DNA of 64,000 nt, taken from positions 46,678 through 110,677 of IMG/VR virus record IMGVR_UViG_3300023179_000038, one strand, 5' to 3'. This DNA comes from a virus. This document shows, piece after piece, positions 21,546 through 32,900 of this stretch. The first letter of the stretch is position 1. The number at the start of each line of letters is the position of its first letter. Made by a program: the position numbers and the translations under genes. A model generated the notes under the pieces. The model saw only the letters and a list, made by a program, of their open reading frames with translations. It had not been told where the DNA came from and made no database searches.

Positions 21546-21563
21546 AGTAAATAAAGTATACCA

Positions 21564-21605
21564 AATAAAAGAAGGCTCAACCTTTATGATTGAGCCAACT
21601 TTTTA
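21564..21605. terminator. Intrinsic terminator after major tail gene (possibly bidirectional)
   Basis: GGCTCAA-loop-TTGAGCC stem flanked by A and T runs. Confidence 0.7.
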
Positions 21606-21615
21606 TTAAGTTGTA

Positions 21616-22242
21616 TTATAGGGAACGATCAACGATCTTTCCATATGATGCATTGTCATTTGGAAGTAAACGGAATGAAACTTCAAACATTGTTGCTTCA
21701 TCACGCTTTGCTCCAACAGTTACGCTCTCAATTGAGAGTGCACGATATGCAACATAGATTCTTTCAATACTGTCAGAATCTGCACAATCTCCAGTTCCTG
21801 GACCAACTGCTACCAAACCACGCTCTACTGGACATTCGCCAATATCGCCTGCGGATAAGTTTAATGTTGGATTATTACTTACAGTTTCTAGGTTGCCATC
21901 TTTGCTTGCAAGAGCAAATAATAAGTTTTCCAAAGTTGCTTCAGCAAATGTGGTATTTAGGTTAACCTGCATACCTTGCTTATATAACTTTGCAACGTCA
22001 AGAACTTGGTCTACCTGTACTTCACCGAAGTCTGGTTGAAACTGTAGTTCTATTCCGTTCATTGTATAACCTACGTTACGGAATCCTTCTTCATCTGAGA
22101 GAGTCGTTTTGTAGGATGTACCTGCAATGTATCCTGGAAGGACACCTGTCTCTGGTAAAACACCATCTTCATACGTAAATAGTGCTGCTGCACCTACGAT
22201 GATTTGTGTACTATCACCACGTGTATATGCCATATATTTCAC
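21616..22242 (-). CDS. Major tail tube protein
   Basis: VGYTMNGIELQFQPDFGEVQVDQ...TTFAEATLENL; synteny; host-like codon use. Confidence 0.85.
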   Translation of the reverse strand: MKYMAYTRGDSTQIIVGAAALFTYEDGVLPETGVLPGYIAGTSYKTTLSDEEGFRNVGYTMNGIELQFQPDFGEVQVDQVLDVAKLYKQGMQVNLNTTFAEATLENLLFALASKDGNLETVSNNPTLNLSAGDIGECPVERGLVAVGPGTGDCADSDSIERIYVAYRALSIESVTVGAKRDEATMFEVSFRLLPNDNASYGKIVDRSL

Positions 22243-22301
22243 CTCTTTTTTTTCTATAGAAATAAAAGGCGTGTTTCCTCATTGATAAGTATACAGCCTA
22301 T

Positions 22302-22895
22302 TTATGATAAAATGCCTGGTCTATCAATAATGTTTTTATTATATCTTGGTCTATCGTCAGTAGATTCCTCAACCCTTTTATATCTATTGGTTGATTGATG
22401 ATAGTCATAGTCAATAATTATCTTATTGCCCGCATAGGTTCGGGCTGTTCCAAAGTCTACTATATCCCGTGCCTCTTCTAACTGGTATATCTTGAAATCA
22501 TGAAAATAAAACTCACAATTCATACCATCAAAAACTTTACCTGTAGTCCAAACATTTAACTCTTGAGCACTTTCGTCTCCACGATCCATAAGTCTCATGA
22601 TTGCTTCTTGAATTTGAATCATCTTTAAACTTGGACTTTCGCCAGTGGCATAAAAATAATATAAGACCTGTTCGCATTTTATATGTGGGAATGTACCCCT
22701 ACGCATACGAAACATCCTATCCCATACTGCCATAGTGCCACCTTCTGGAAACTGCTTTTGTAAAGTTTCTAAAGTAGAGGGGCCAGTAGGAAAAAATGGA
22801 ATATCTTCTAAATCAGTTAGTAAAGGAATCTTTTCTTTAAGGTACTGATTTATCCATAATACTGGTGTATTTAATACTGATGTAGATTCTGTCAT
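22302..22895 (-). CDS. Putative tail terminator/completion protein
   Basis: Synteny directly upstream of major tail. Confidence 0.55.
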   Translation of the reverse strand: MTESTSVLNTPVLWINQYLKEKIPLLTDLEDIPFFPTGPSTLETLQKQFPEGGTMAVWDRMFRMRRGTFPHIKCEQVLYYFYATGESPSLKMIQIQEAIMRLMDRGDESAQELNVWTTGKVFDGMNCEFYFHDFKIYQLEEARDIVDFGTARTYAGNKIIIDYDYHQSTNRYKRVEESTDDRPRYNKNIIDRPGILS

Positions 22896-23566
22896 CTTGC
22901 AACTCCTGCGTTTGCTATCCAGCGATATCCTACTTCATAACCTTTAGACTTACCGCCCCTTTTACCAGCACTAAGATTCTTTTTGTATGACACTGGATTA
23001 GATAGATATTGTGCTACACCGCTTGTTCTTAAAAATGCTTGAGTAAAATATCTATTAAAAAATGATTCAAAAGTTTTTTCAAAACCACCCTCAACTTCAT
23101 TTCCTCCAGGATTTAAAACCTTTACTGGTTGTTTTGTAAATATCTCTTCACCGTTTACATCAAATGCTAATGCTTGTGCTTTTACAGGACGAATAGTTAC
23201 TGGAATTCCCTCTTCCATAATTTTTGCTTTATTATAAAATGGAACACGAGAGCCACGCTTTATAGACGTTGATTGTTTAAATGTTGACATAAAAGATAAA
23301 CCAAGGTTGCTTATAGTGTAGTTAATATCAAACAATCTAGCGCTAGGACTTCCAGTTTCATGCCATTCATAAACATGATGAAGCATTTGAGGATTTACTC
23401 TAGCACTTGAATCAATATATTCTTTCATTAACTCTATAGTCTCTAAACCAAGGCTAGAAAGAAACGCCCTTTTTCCACCCTGTATTCCATTTATATATCC
23501 AATTGAATATTCAATTATATTGTTCATATCTCTACGAAATGCTTTATTGTTAAATGTTACTTTCAT
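22892..23566 (-). CDS. Neck/tail completion protein
   Basis: Synteny; IRPVKAQALAF motif common in neck proteins. Confidence 0.5.
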   Translation of the reverse strand: MKVTFNNKAFRRDMNNIIEYSIGYINGIQGGKRAFLSSLGLETIELMKEYIDSSARVNPQMLHHVYEWHETGSPSARLFDINYTISNLGLSFMSTFKQSTSIKRGSRVPFYNKAKIMEEGIPVTIRPVKAQALAFDVNGEEIFTKQPVKVLNPGGNEVEGGFEKTFESFFNRYFTQAFLRTSGVAQYLSNPVSYKKNLSAGKRGGKSKGYEVGYRWIANAGVAR

Positions 23567-24012
23567 ACATCTACCGCCTGATTTTCAGATCTACGAATAA
23601 TTAATTTGTAATATTCAACATTGCCAAATGGTCCAGTAAAAGGGTCTTGTGTTGCTATTTCAAAGATAGTTGATTTGCCTTCACGAGGTCCTGATGTCTC
23701 TAAATATATCTCATTGCAATTTTTATCACGTATATTAGTTATAATTACATTTGTAATAGAGTTTTTAGCCTCTAAACTAGATATACGAATATCTGTTTTT
23801 GCACGACCTAGCAACAATTTTTCTTGAGTTATATTTATGTTTGGTTGAACTTCTTCTTTAAATGCTGTGCCTGCTGGAGCAAAAGAACATGCAATGGTTC
23901 TATCTAACATCCAAGTTTTTTTAACTTCTCCATATACACCTTGCTCAACTATTGGATGATATACGTCTGCTTGCATTGGAAATGCGAAGTCTGGAGTTTC
24001 GCATATAACCAT
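23563..24012 (-). CDS. Putative head-to-tail stopper
   Basis: Synteny and size. Confidence 0.55.
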   Translation of the reverse strand: MVICETPDFAFPMQADVYHPIVEQGVYGEVKKTWMLDRTIACSFAPAGTAFKEEVQPNINITQEKLLLGRAKTDIRISSLEAKNSITNVIITNIRDKNCNEIYLETSGPREGKSTIFEIATQDPFTGPFGNVEYYKLIIRRSENQAVDV

Positions 24013-24887
24013 TATAAAACCCCAACGTGCTTTATTGTTTTTTCATATTTAGATAATATTTTATCTACAATCAAATTTCCTGTTCCGTCAATCATTGATT
24101 TATCAAACTGAATTCTAAATTGATCTGTATTATATGAAGAAATATATCTTTTATAATAATCTAATTTTCCACAATCAATATCGTGTATAAGAATTTCTGC
24201 AGCCCTGACAATGTCAGATGGTATAGATGGATACCCTGTAGCAACAATTATCTTATAATCCCAACCCTTTGGAAACCCTCTAGGCTCATAATTTAATTCT
24301 ACAATATCTGTTGGGGATGATGGAAATAGAATTCTTGTTGATTCATCTCTATTTATTGCATCTGAATAAAACTTTGTAATTGCTGTTTTATCATCTGTTA
24401 ATATATATTCAGAAAAAAAACTTTCTGAATCTTCAATATCCCAAACTAAAATATTATTTTCATAAACTTTTAAAACTTTGTGAACATCTTTCCATACAGG
24501 AATATAATCTAATCCCAAACCAACTGTTTCAATAATTTCTTTTTTATAATAAAATTCATCACTATGAGCATCTATAATTGCTCTTGCTAATTCTTCATTT
24601 AACGAATATGATTCAATTTCTGACAAAGTTGTTCCATGATTTTTTGGGTTTGAATATGGTCGTCTTAATTCAAAAAAATATGAAGAATTATTAATTATTA
24701 ACTCATAATCATTGTCATACGTAGATGGAATTTCAATTAATACTTTAGAAGATGAGTTTGATGTAGCAACACCAATAATTTCTGATGAGTCCGCCAAATC
24801 AATAATTGTATAATTATATACCGTAGATGGATTTTCAACATCAATCAATACGGTAATCGGAAATGGCGGAACTCTCAAAATTTCCAT
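24012..24887 (-). CDS. Putative head-to-tail adaptor
   Basis: C-terminal GYPSIPSDIVRAA...TGNLIVDKILSKY adaptor-like motif. Confidence 0.65.
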   Translation of the reverse strand: MEILRVPPFPITVLIDVENPSTVYNYTIIDLADSSEIIGVATSNSSSKVLIEIPSTYDNDYELIINNSSYFFELRRPYSNPKNHGTTLSEIESYSLNEELARAIIDAHSDEFYYKKEIIETVGLGLDYIPVWKDVHKVLKVYENNILVWDIEDSESFFSEYILTDDKTAITKFYSDAINRDESTRILFPSSPTDIVELNYEPRGFPKGWDYKIIVATGYPSIPSDIVRAAEILIHDIDCGKLDYYKRYISSYNTDQFRIQFDKSMIDGTGNLIVDKILSKYEKTIKHVGVL

Positions 24888-24891
24888 TTTT

Positions 24892-25368
24892 TTACTTCTT
24901 GAATTCCAATGCTACTTCTTCTGGAGTTGCAATACGAACATGACTTCTAGTTAGCCATTTATCTGCTGCTGTCTTTTCAACAATATTATAGCCACGATAA
25001 ACTTTTCCAACTCCACTCCATGTAACATTTTTTGTAGAATATATAGCAACTGTATCAGCCTTCTTTTCTGACTTTATATTTTCAGATTTTTTAGGCTTTA
25101 GTTCAGATTTTGTTGATCCAATTACCCCTTGCTCTACAACCCCCATTGATGGAACTGTTGAAGCAGGAAATGATGGTGCAGTAATTACATTATTATCTAA
25201 AGCAGATTCTTCTACTTCTGTAATTTTTGCGTCAATATTTAATTCTGATGCCAACTCTTCTACAAGAGTTTCCTCTTTAATAGGTTCTTGCGCTGTTTCT
25301 AATTGTGCTTCTGGAGCAATCAAATCGGAAACATTTTCTATTAATGAATCTTTATTTTCTTCTGACAT
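24892..25368 (-). CDS. Acidic hypothetical protein downstream of capsid
   Basis: ORF with GGAGG RBS and its own TGTTATAAT -10. Confidence 0.6.
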   Translation of the reverse strand: MSEENKDSLIENVSDLIAPEAQLETAQEPIKEETLVEELASELNIDAKITEVEESALDNNVITAPSFPASTVPSMGVVEQGVIGSTKSELKPKKSENIKSEKKADTVAIYSTKNVTWSGVGKVYRGYNIVEKTAADKWLTRSHVRIATPEEVALEFKK

Positions 25369-25404
25369 TATGTACCTCCTAAGTATCTATTATAACAGAA
25401 TAAT

Positions 25405-25445
25405 AAAATTAAGAGGGGGAGGAGATCTACCCCCTGCCCCCTCTC
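25405..25445 (-). terminator. Intrinsic terminator after major capsid gene
   Basis: GAGGGGG/CCCCCTC stem followed by TTAATTTTATT on minus strand. Confidence 0.7.
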
Positions 25446-25462
25446 AAAGGTATTATTACAGA

Positions 25463-26593
25463 CTATGCATCTGATGCAGCGTCTGCCCACGCAATTGCGT
25501 CTTCTTCTTCCCATTGAATACCAAAGCGGACGAATACTGTGTATTCAATTGTGTCCTTCTTTGCTACGTATTCACGGTTAACAACGATATCACGTTGGAA
25601 GCCCCATACACGGTTCTGTGGGAATGTCAAATCGACATATCCTGCAGGGTAATAAGGAACTTCTTGCACATCAATTCCTAGAACACGAGTTGTACGTGCT
25701 CCACCAAATGTCTGTGCTCCACCATCAAGATATGCTTGACGGTTAGCGGATGTACCAGCAACACGACCTGCGAATGCTTCAGCAACAGCATCTGCTAAAG
25801 TACCGTTATTTTTTACGATACCTGCAAATGCATCTGTACCTGCATAAAACTTAAGATTGTTCTTAAGTGCACGATACTTACGTGGCATTGCTAGAATAAT
25901 GTTTTGCATTACTTCTGGAGTCCATGCATTATCAGCAACTGTTACTACTGATTCATGTGAATCTCCGCCATCTTTGTGCTTCTTTACGAAACCTGTCATG
26001 ATGGACAAGAAGTCACCTGTTGAGCCATCGCCATTAATGGCAAGGTCTTCAAGGTCGTTGGCAAATGCATTAGTCATTAGTCTAACTAAATGATCTTCTA
26101 ATGCAGCCCCCTCGACGTTGTCTTCAAGTGCTTCTGCAGATACTTCCCAATCAAGACGAATCTTCTTGGTTGTAAGTTCTACTTTTGAGAATGTAGCGCC
26201 AGTGTTTGTGTAATTTCCAACTGCTTGAGAAGCAGCACGAATAACACGCTCACCAACGTTAATCTTTTCTAATTCCATGGTGTTTGCTCTCATGGTCACA
26301 CGACGACCATCTTGAGCAAGAACAGTTGCATCCCACACGTAGTCAATAAAACGTTGTGCTTGTTCAGGACGCAAAATTCCGCTTGCTGCATCACCCGAAG
26401 GATCTACGGCATTTGGACCAGATGTAACACCAAAGTTGGCATTAGGAATGTTTCCAAGTGTATCAGCACCTGGATTTGTAACACCACCAATACCACCTGA
26501 AGCGAATGCACCTTGACCTTGGTATAGACCAGGGGCTGTTCCGCCTAGTTCGCCAGTTGTTCCTGGCTGGTTTTTCTTAATCTCTTCCGACAT
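25463..26593 (-). CDS. Major capsid protein (HK97 fold); start re-assigned to MSEEIKK
   Basis: GILRPEQAQRFIDYV...DLEDLAINGD; RBS GGAGGTG upstream of 26593. Confidence 0.92.
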   Translation of the reverse strand: MSEEIKKNQPGTTGELGGTAPGLYQGQGAFASGGIGGVTNPGADTLGNIPNANFGVTSGPNAVDPSGDAASGILRPEQAQRFIDYVWDATVLAQDGRRVTMRANTMELEKINVGERVIRAASQAVGNYTNTGATFSKVELTTKKIRLDWEVSAEALEDNVEGAALEDHLVRLMTNAFANDLEDLAINGDGSTGDFLSIMTGFVKKHKDGGDSHESVVTVADNAWTPEVMQNIILAMPRKYRALKNNLKFYAGTDAFAGIVKNNGTLADAVAEAFAGRVAGTSANRQAYLDGGAQTFGGARTTRVLGIDVQEVPYYPAGYVDLTFPQNRVWGFQRDIVVNREYVAKKDTIEYTVFVRFGIQWEEEDAIAWADAASDA

Positions 26594-26615
26594 ATTGTCA
26601 CCTCCTAGTGATTTT

Positions 26616-27956
26616 CTATCTAAATAGATCGGCTGTTTTGAGGAAACGTCCGCCCCATTGGGATTTATCAGATTTTTCAATCTGAAATTCCTGTACGATT
26701 TCGCCTAAATCGCCAGATTTTCGGAAAGCGGTATCTGCCTCTACAGCATCGACTCTCTTTCCAAATTCATTAAAACGATCATTAGTTGCAGCAATATCTT
26801 TGGCGACTGCATCTAAAGAACTCTTTACTTCTGCTGTATCAACTTTTGTAGACTTAAGTATTTCTACTTCTGCCTGCAAAGATTTAACAGTTTCAACTAA
26901 ATCGCTAAAGGCTGATGTAATTGTGTTTTTGATTTCTGCAACTGTATCAACAATTGAGTCATCTGACTTAGATACTTCTGCTGCAGCCTCTGCTGGCAGT
27001 GCGTCAACTGTTTCTTCAGTTTTAGCAACTTGATCATTTGATTGAACAGTCTCTTCAGATTTTTCAACAACTTCTTCAGTTGTTACAACATCTTCAGACT
27101 TTTCAACAATATCAGTAACAGCAGTATCAACTACAGTGATTGCCTCTGGAGCGATCTCTTCTGACTTACTAACTTCGGTATTTTCAACCTTATTATTTTT
27201 TGTCATAGGATTTTCCTCCTTAGTGGTCTTAGCATAAATGCCCTTAGCACTGTCTACTAAGAATTTGATTATATCCATTTTTTCGTTGTCTTCTTTTTCA
27301 ACGAAACCTATATTTTTCATTTTATTTCCAGTTGTTGGACTTATAAAAGATTCATCTTGTGAAATTGTAACTATGCCAGATTCTTCATCATAAAAAATAT
27401 TTTCTAAAACAACATCTTGACCTTTAATAACATCAACACCGTCAACTTTTTCTACATGCATAATATTTGCAAATTGATTTGCTGGAGAATCTACTAAAGA
27501 TAATTCTACTAAATCATAATCCTTAATAATTCTAATTGTGGAATCAGTTTTTTCATCATAGCCATCATCCCATTTGTTCATTTTTCCACCAATAGAAAAT
27601 CCAGTTAATGTTCCGTCTAAAACCTTTTCCCACGTATCCTGTGCACCCTTTGAAACATATGCAGAAACAAAAACACCAGAATAAAACTTTTTAGATTCTG
27701 GATCAAAATATTTATCTTCTTTAAAATTAACCATTTTCCCAACAGCAAGTGGTTGATGCATTTCACGAATATTTCCACGAAACTTTGAAAAAGCCTTTAT
27801 AGATGCATCTTGTGTAACTATATCTCCCTGTTTATCAATATTGTCAAGGGATGCAAAACCTGAGACAACACGTCTTTCTTTATCAACCTTCGTAAATGGA
27901 AGTGAAAGTCTTACAGAATCGCCAGAGGTAGCCCAATAGGCTTTAGATATAGTCAT
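26616..27956 (-). CDS. Prohead protease fused to scaffold domain
   Basis: GFAS..DKQGD, REMH, GFSIGG, ELSLVDSPAN protease motifs; acidic coiled-coil C-terminus. Confidence 0.9.
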   Translation of the reverse strand: MTISKAYWATSGDSVRLSLPFTKVDKERRVVSGFASLDNIDKQGDIVTQDASIKAFSKFRGNIREMHQPLAVGKMVNFKEDKYFDPESKKFYSGVFVSAYVSKGAQDTWEKVLDGTLTGFSIGGKMNKWDDGYDEKTDSTIRIIKDYDLVELSLVDSPANQFANIMHVEKVDGVDVIKGQDVVLENIFYDEESGIVTISQDESFISPTTGNKMKNIGFVEKEDNEKMDIIKFLVDSAKGIYAKTTKEENPMTKNNKVENTEVSKSEEIAPEAITVVDTAVTDIVEKSEDVVTTEEVVEKSEETVQSNDQVAKTEETVDALPAEAAAEVSKSDDSIVDTVAEIKNTITSAFSDLVETVKSLQAEVEILKSTKVDTAEVKSSLDAVAKDIAATNDRFNEFGKRVDAVEADTAFRKSGDLGEIVQEFQIEKSDKSQWGGRFLKTADLFR

Positions 27957-27995
27957 ACTACCTTATATTATAACGACCTTTTAACAACATCTCAA

Positions 27996-29564
27996 TTATT
28001 GAGACGATCTTCCTTCACCTTTAGGATTTCTACCATCTAATGTTGCTGTACTATCAGACTGATTGTTGACTCTTTCGGCATCTCTTTGACGTCCCTGATT
28101 TAATTGAACTGGAGTATCCCCGCCCGCAATCATTGGAAGTTTCAGTACTTCTCTTGCTTCATTTGGAACCATAATTTGAGTCTTTACAAATCTTTCAAGA
28201 ATCTGAGATTGAGCAATTTCATCTGTTAGGGTTAATTCATTAAACTTTAACTCTAAAATATCTGTCTTTTCTCTTATTATTTTATTTATTATTTTTTCAA
28301 GTTGTCTTTGTGCTGGTCGTGCAACCTGCTCTTTAAATGTACGATCTTGGGCAAGCGCTGATGCGATTGCAGAAGAATCTCCTCCACCAATCTTTGAAAG
28401 AGGAACCTGATGTGCAATTAATATGTCATCACGATTTTGTTTTCTATATCTCTCAAAAGAGCCTTCCTGAACCCCCGTTTCAATTGGATCCATCTTAAAT
28501 TCAACTTTGTTAGAATCGCTATCCCCTGGAAGAGGTATATAAAGAGTTCTGTGAGATTGCCCCTTTAGCCCTGTTTGTAAAAATCTAAACATTTTGTCTT
28601 CTGCATCTGAAGAAAGTTTTGCACCTTTTAAAGTGACTACATAACGTGGAACAGCCTTGTTAGAAAAATAATCTATGTTGTATTGTGATGCTAACTGATC
28701 ACCTTGCAAAGAAGTGATTGCAGACATGATATCTGGAACTCCATAGAAAGTGTTTAATGGAGAATATTGTTTAAAATGAATAATTTCATTTGGTCTGGTG
28801 TCTGATGTTATTGGGTTTGCGTTTTTTGCTGCAAAATTTCTAAAATAAACTACTTTATTTCCAATAATCTGTAAATATCCATCACGCAACCTACGAATAC
28901 GAATCGTTGTTGCTGGGATATGTCCTATGTAACCTATGTCTCCTGCTGTAGTTCTACCAATTTCAAGGTATCCATTGCCAATTGCCTGAACATCAGTAAA
29001 AACCTTTTCCATGGTTGTTGTAAAAGAGTCATCATCATTTAGTGATTCTAACCAATCACGTAATTCTATTTTTGCTCTTTCAATTCTATTACGTGCACGA
29101 CCAACTGAATCTTTGTCTGGAGAAGACTCTAACTTAAGCATTGTTCTTGGAGATATTTCAAAACTATAACCTAGACCAACAATGTTCTCTACTTTGGCAT
29201 CTATTGCTGCATGATTAGCAAATGATGTGTCATAATAATTAGCAAGTTCATAAACATTCCATGGTGGAGTTATGACATCAAACATTCCATAACCATTTCT
29301 ATAAACAGTTCCTGGATTTATTTCCTTTGATTGTGCGCCATTTATTCCAATTTGATTGCTGCGAGCACTATCCAAATACGATGCTGTTGGCTCAACAGAC
29401 TTGTTTATTCTGTTTGTCCTTCTTTTAAAATTATTATCTAATCCAGAAAAATTTTTTAAAACATCCCAATTTTGATTAAACGGATCAGATTTTTTAAAAA
29501 TATCATCTTGTTTAACTAAATCATCTATTTTTGCACCAATTATATATTCATTATCATCTGACAT
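27996..29564 (-). CDS. Portal protein
   Basis: GNGYLEI, NEIIHF, YGVPDI, YFSNKAVP, PNEARE motifs. Confidence 0.92.
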   Translation of the reverse strand: MSDDNEYIIGAKIDDLVKQDDIFKKSDPFNQNWDVLKNFSGLDNNFKRRTNRINKSVEPTASYLDSARSNQIGINGAQSKEINPGTVYRNGYGMFDVITPPWNVYELANYYDTSFANHAAIDAKVENIVGLGYSFEISPRTMLKLESSPDKDSVGRARNRIERAKIELRDWLESLNDDDSFTTTMEKVFTDVQAIGNGYLEIGRTTAGDIGYIGHIPATTIRIRRLRDGYLQIIGNKVVYFRNFAAKNANPITSDTRPNEIIHFKQYSPLNTFYGVPDIMSAITSLQGDQLASQYNIDYFSNKAVPRYVVTLKGAKLSSDAEDKMFRFLQTGLKGQSHRTLYIPLPGDSDSNKVEFKMDPIETGVQEGSFERYRKQNRDDILIAHQVPLSKIGGGDSSAIASALAQDRTFKEQVARPAQRQLEKIINKIIREKTDILELKFNELTLTDEIAQSQILERFVKTQIMVPNEAREVLKLPMIAGGDTPVQLNQGRQRDAERVNNQSDSTATLDGRNPKGEGRSSQ

Positions 29565-29941
29565 TAGTCTTGTGCTCCATATTTTTTAATTGTTTGTTGT
29601 GCAGCATGAACAGCACCAAGATCGTTTAAGTTTGGAATTAATCCAGACTTCATTCGATCAACTTGCTCGCTATACTCTTCATCTGTTACACGAGATAGTC
29701 CAGCAAAAAAATATGCCTCTCCGTCTGGCTCTCCATAGTGGGCTGCTGCTTGTTTTAATTCAGAAATCTTCAAAATATCACCCTTCATTGAGGGAATGTT
29801 TAGTATATTTCCTTCTCCGTCAGTAAACCACTTTCCATTTGATTTTTTCCAAACATATATTCCCCAGTCATAATTTTTTTCAACTAAAGATACTTTGGTT
29901 TCACCTATTTGACCAGGCATGCGAAATTTTTTATTTTTCAT
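29564..29941 (-). CDS. Hypothetical protein upstream of portal
   Basis: ORF; start re-assigned to MKNKK because the -10 box lies 7 nt upstream. Confidence 0.6.
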   Translation of the reverse strand: MKNKKFRMPGQIGETKVSLVEKNYDWGIYVWKKSNGKWFTDGEGNILNIPSMKGDILKISELKQAAAHYGEPDGEAYFFAGLSRVTDEEYSEQVDRMKSGLIPNLNDLGAVHAAQQTIKKYGAQD

Positions 29942-29959
29942 AACCATCAGTATACCACA

Positions 29960-32900
29960 TCATATGGCATTTTGAACTGTTGATTGCCATAGTGCGTCGG
30001 CATATATGCGATATTCATAATTATTTAACCTAAATTGTCTTGTATCATCAATAATAAATTTATTTGTACCAACGTAACTCTTATATATATCTGATGGCTT
30101 AACCCCATAATAAGAGGTGTTGGATAAAACTAATACACCTTGCCAAACATATGCAGAATCCCAATACTGCCAATCAAACTCAATGCCACCATCACTTTTT
30201 ACTCTAAACCAAGGTCTTTCTGTAATATTTTGAACTTCTTGTAAATTTGTAGATTTATAGGTAGACACAAGATTTACTAATAAAGGACCATTTATTTTAA
30301 TAGATCCTGTGTAATTATTAAAATCTAATAAACTAGAAAAAGATATTCCAATCATAGACCACTCTTTAATGTTTATTACTGGATCTTTAACAATATTTCC
30401 ATTTAAATAAAATCCAATGCCCTGCTCTATTTGTCCAGTTTTAGTATTAACTGCATAAATTTTTGCTCTTTTGCCATTGGCATTAGAAGCAACCATAAAA
30501 AATTTAATTATTGAGTCTTTAGATTCAACTTCAAATATTTGTGTTGGTGCATATGGAAAAATATCTTCATCAAATCTAATTGCCATTTGCATTGCCATAA
30601 CCTTATAGTTAGAAGATGACTCTGGATTTATGGGAATTAAAACACCACGGTTTATTAGTGGATCAAACTGACCTCTAACTTTAATTCCAGAGTGTCTTGT
30701 TAAATATAAGTATGGGGAACTGTCTTTATAAATTGTGTAAGGATTTCTATCCTTATAATTATAATATAGACCATTCTTTATATACGGATATATCGAAGTT
30801 CCAAATTTTGTGCCAATTGCATTTGGAATAATATCATTAAATGCTTGAGAGGCTAATTGAAGTTTTTTAATTTTAATTTTATTTTTTATAATATCATTGA
30901 CCTTAAATTTTAATTGTACTACTATTGCTAACTTATTGAAATCTATATTTTTAGGTGGATATATAATCATGTCATTTACAACTTCATATTTTGTTTGCAT
31001 CCAACTAGTTCCTGGCTCAATTACTCCATTTTTAGGAGCCATCTCTGTATTAATAAAAAATGAATCTGGTGCATTTGCTCCAGACTCTAAATACTGAAAA
31101 GTAATATAAGATTTAACTAATGCGTTATCCGTATCATATCTATAATTTACCTCTGAATTATTTTTTAAATCATCATAGTTTAAGTATTCAGTAAATAAAT
31201 TATTATCTAAAGATTGATACGTTCTTAATTCTGGTGAAGAATATTTTAGTTGTAACTCATTATAGGTCCATGAACTATTGACACGATCTTCAGTAAAACT
31301 TAATGGTGATGGATAGTTAATATTAAATTGAATTAAATCTAAATCATAGTAGGAATCATTTCTTGAATCCGTAACATATTGAGCAAAATACGATAGTGGA
31401 ACATGGTCTTCCCATGTACCCTCAATATCAACAGTTAGGTAAAAGTTATTAAAATTTTTAACTGATACAAGTGTATAACTTGCAGTATGAGAAATTAAAG
31501 AATCTCCTGGAAAAGAAGATGGTGTTCCTCCATCTAAAAGAAAATCCCAAAAAGATGATGGTAGTTGAACATTTCCAGATAAATCTAACTCATCTTCAAA
31601 ATACTCGTCTCCAGCATCATGATCTATTTCTTCTGTGTAATTATTAAAAACATCTTCAAAGTTTATCGGAATTCCTGAAATTGGATTAAATAAATAAGTT
31701 ATTGGTATAAGGTTTTTACTAGAGCAAAATCCTATCTTATAAACATTTCCATCAAAAGTTTTTTGTAATTCTTTGCATCCTCCTACATACAGTTTTGCAG
31801 AAGATAAATTTCCAAAAAATGATGCAATTCTTTTTCCAAAATAATCTATAAATATAGTTTTATATATTCCGACAACAAATTTTTCATCGATAAATACTGG
31901 AACTGACTGATAAAGAGTATCTATTTGTTCAGTCAAAGAACCATTTTCCATGGTTTCATATTTTAATAAGTATGTTATTTTTCCATCTATTAATTCAATA
32001 CTAAAGTACTCTTTCGTAGAATCATTATCTATTCTCAACAAAATAGTATCATTATTAAAAGATGAAACACTAAATATTCCATAAAAAGCATCTGATGAAG
32101 TAACTAGTCCAACATCATTAAATAGTAAGTATCCCTGTGTATTTTGCCAATTTTGATTTGGCTTTAATTTAAAATATTGATGATTTGTAATTTGAAGATT
32201 TACAGAGTCTGTGTAAAAATCTTCTAAACTTTTATTATTAAAAAATACTTCTGGTAATTCATAATTTTTACTTGTCAAACAATTTTCTCTTACATCTAAA
32301 TTATCTATAGAGGCTTGAGACCAAGATCCTAAATCAGGATACATATAGTTATTTGTATAATTTGCAAAAGAATAATCAATAAAAGTAGAAGTTCCACTGT
32401 ATGAAGCATTAATATTTTCTGGAATCTCTACACCTTGACCATATACAAACCTTCTTTTTGCAACAATAGATGGTATTGGATATGAATATATAGAAATACA
32501 ATCTACTTCTATAGGAAATACATCTTCATAAGAATAAAATCCAAGCCAATCTTGTTGTTTATTTTGATAGTACGGTTCTGGAAAGGACAGAGATGTAGTC
32601 AAAAGATTTAAAGATATAACCTCATCTCCATTAATCATTAATGAAGCAATATTGTTGCTATATCTTATATGTACAAGCATTGGTCTTGCCCATTCTCCAA
32701 CATAATGAGATTCAAAACTGTTTCCAATTTTTAATAAAATAAAAGGACCTTCTACATATAATCCATCATCCGAAGCAATTGGTCCAAAAATTCTTTTCTT
32801 TGTATAAGAATCAGAATTTATTTTTAACCACATTTCTACAGTATATTCTTTAAACTTTCCAGAATTATTTAAAAATCCGTATCCAGGAAATATTAAAGAT

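Noticed and set aside
26594-26680. N-terminal extension of the capsid ORF as given in the track
   Set aside because: Overlaps the scaffold gene; the strong RBS supports a start at 26593
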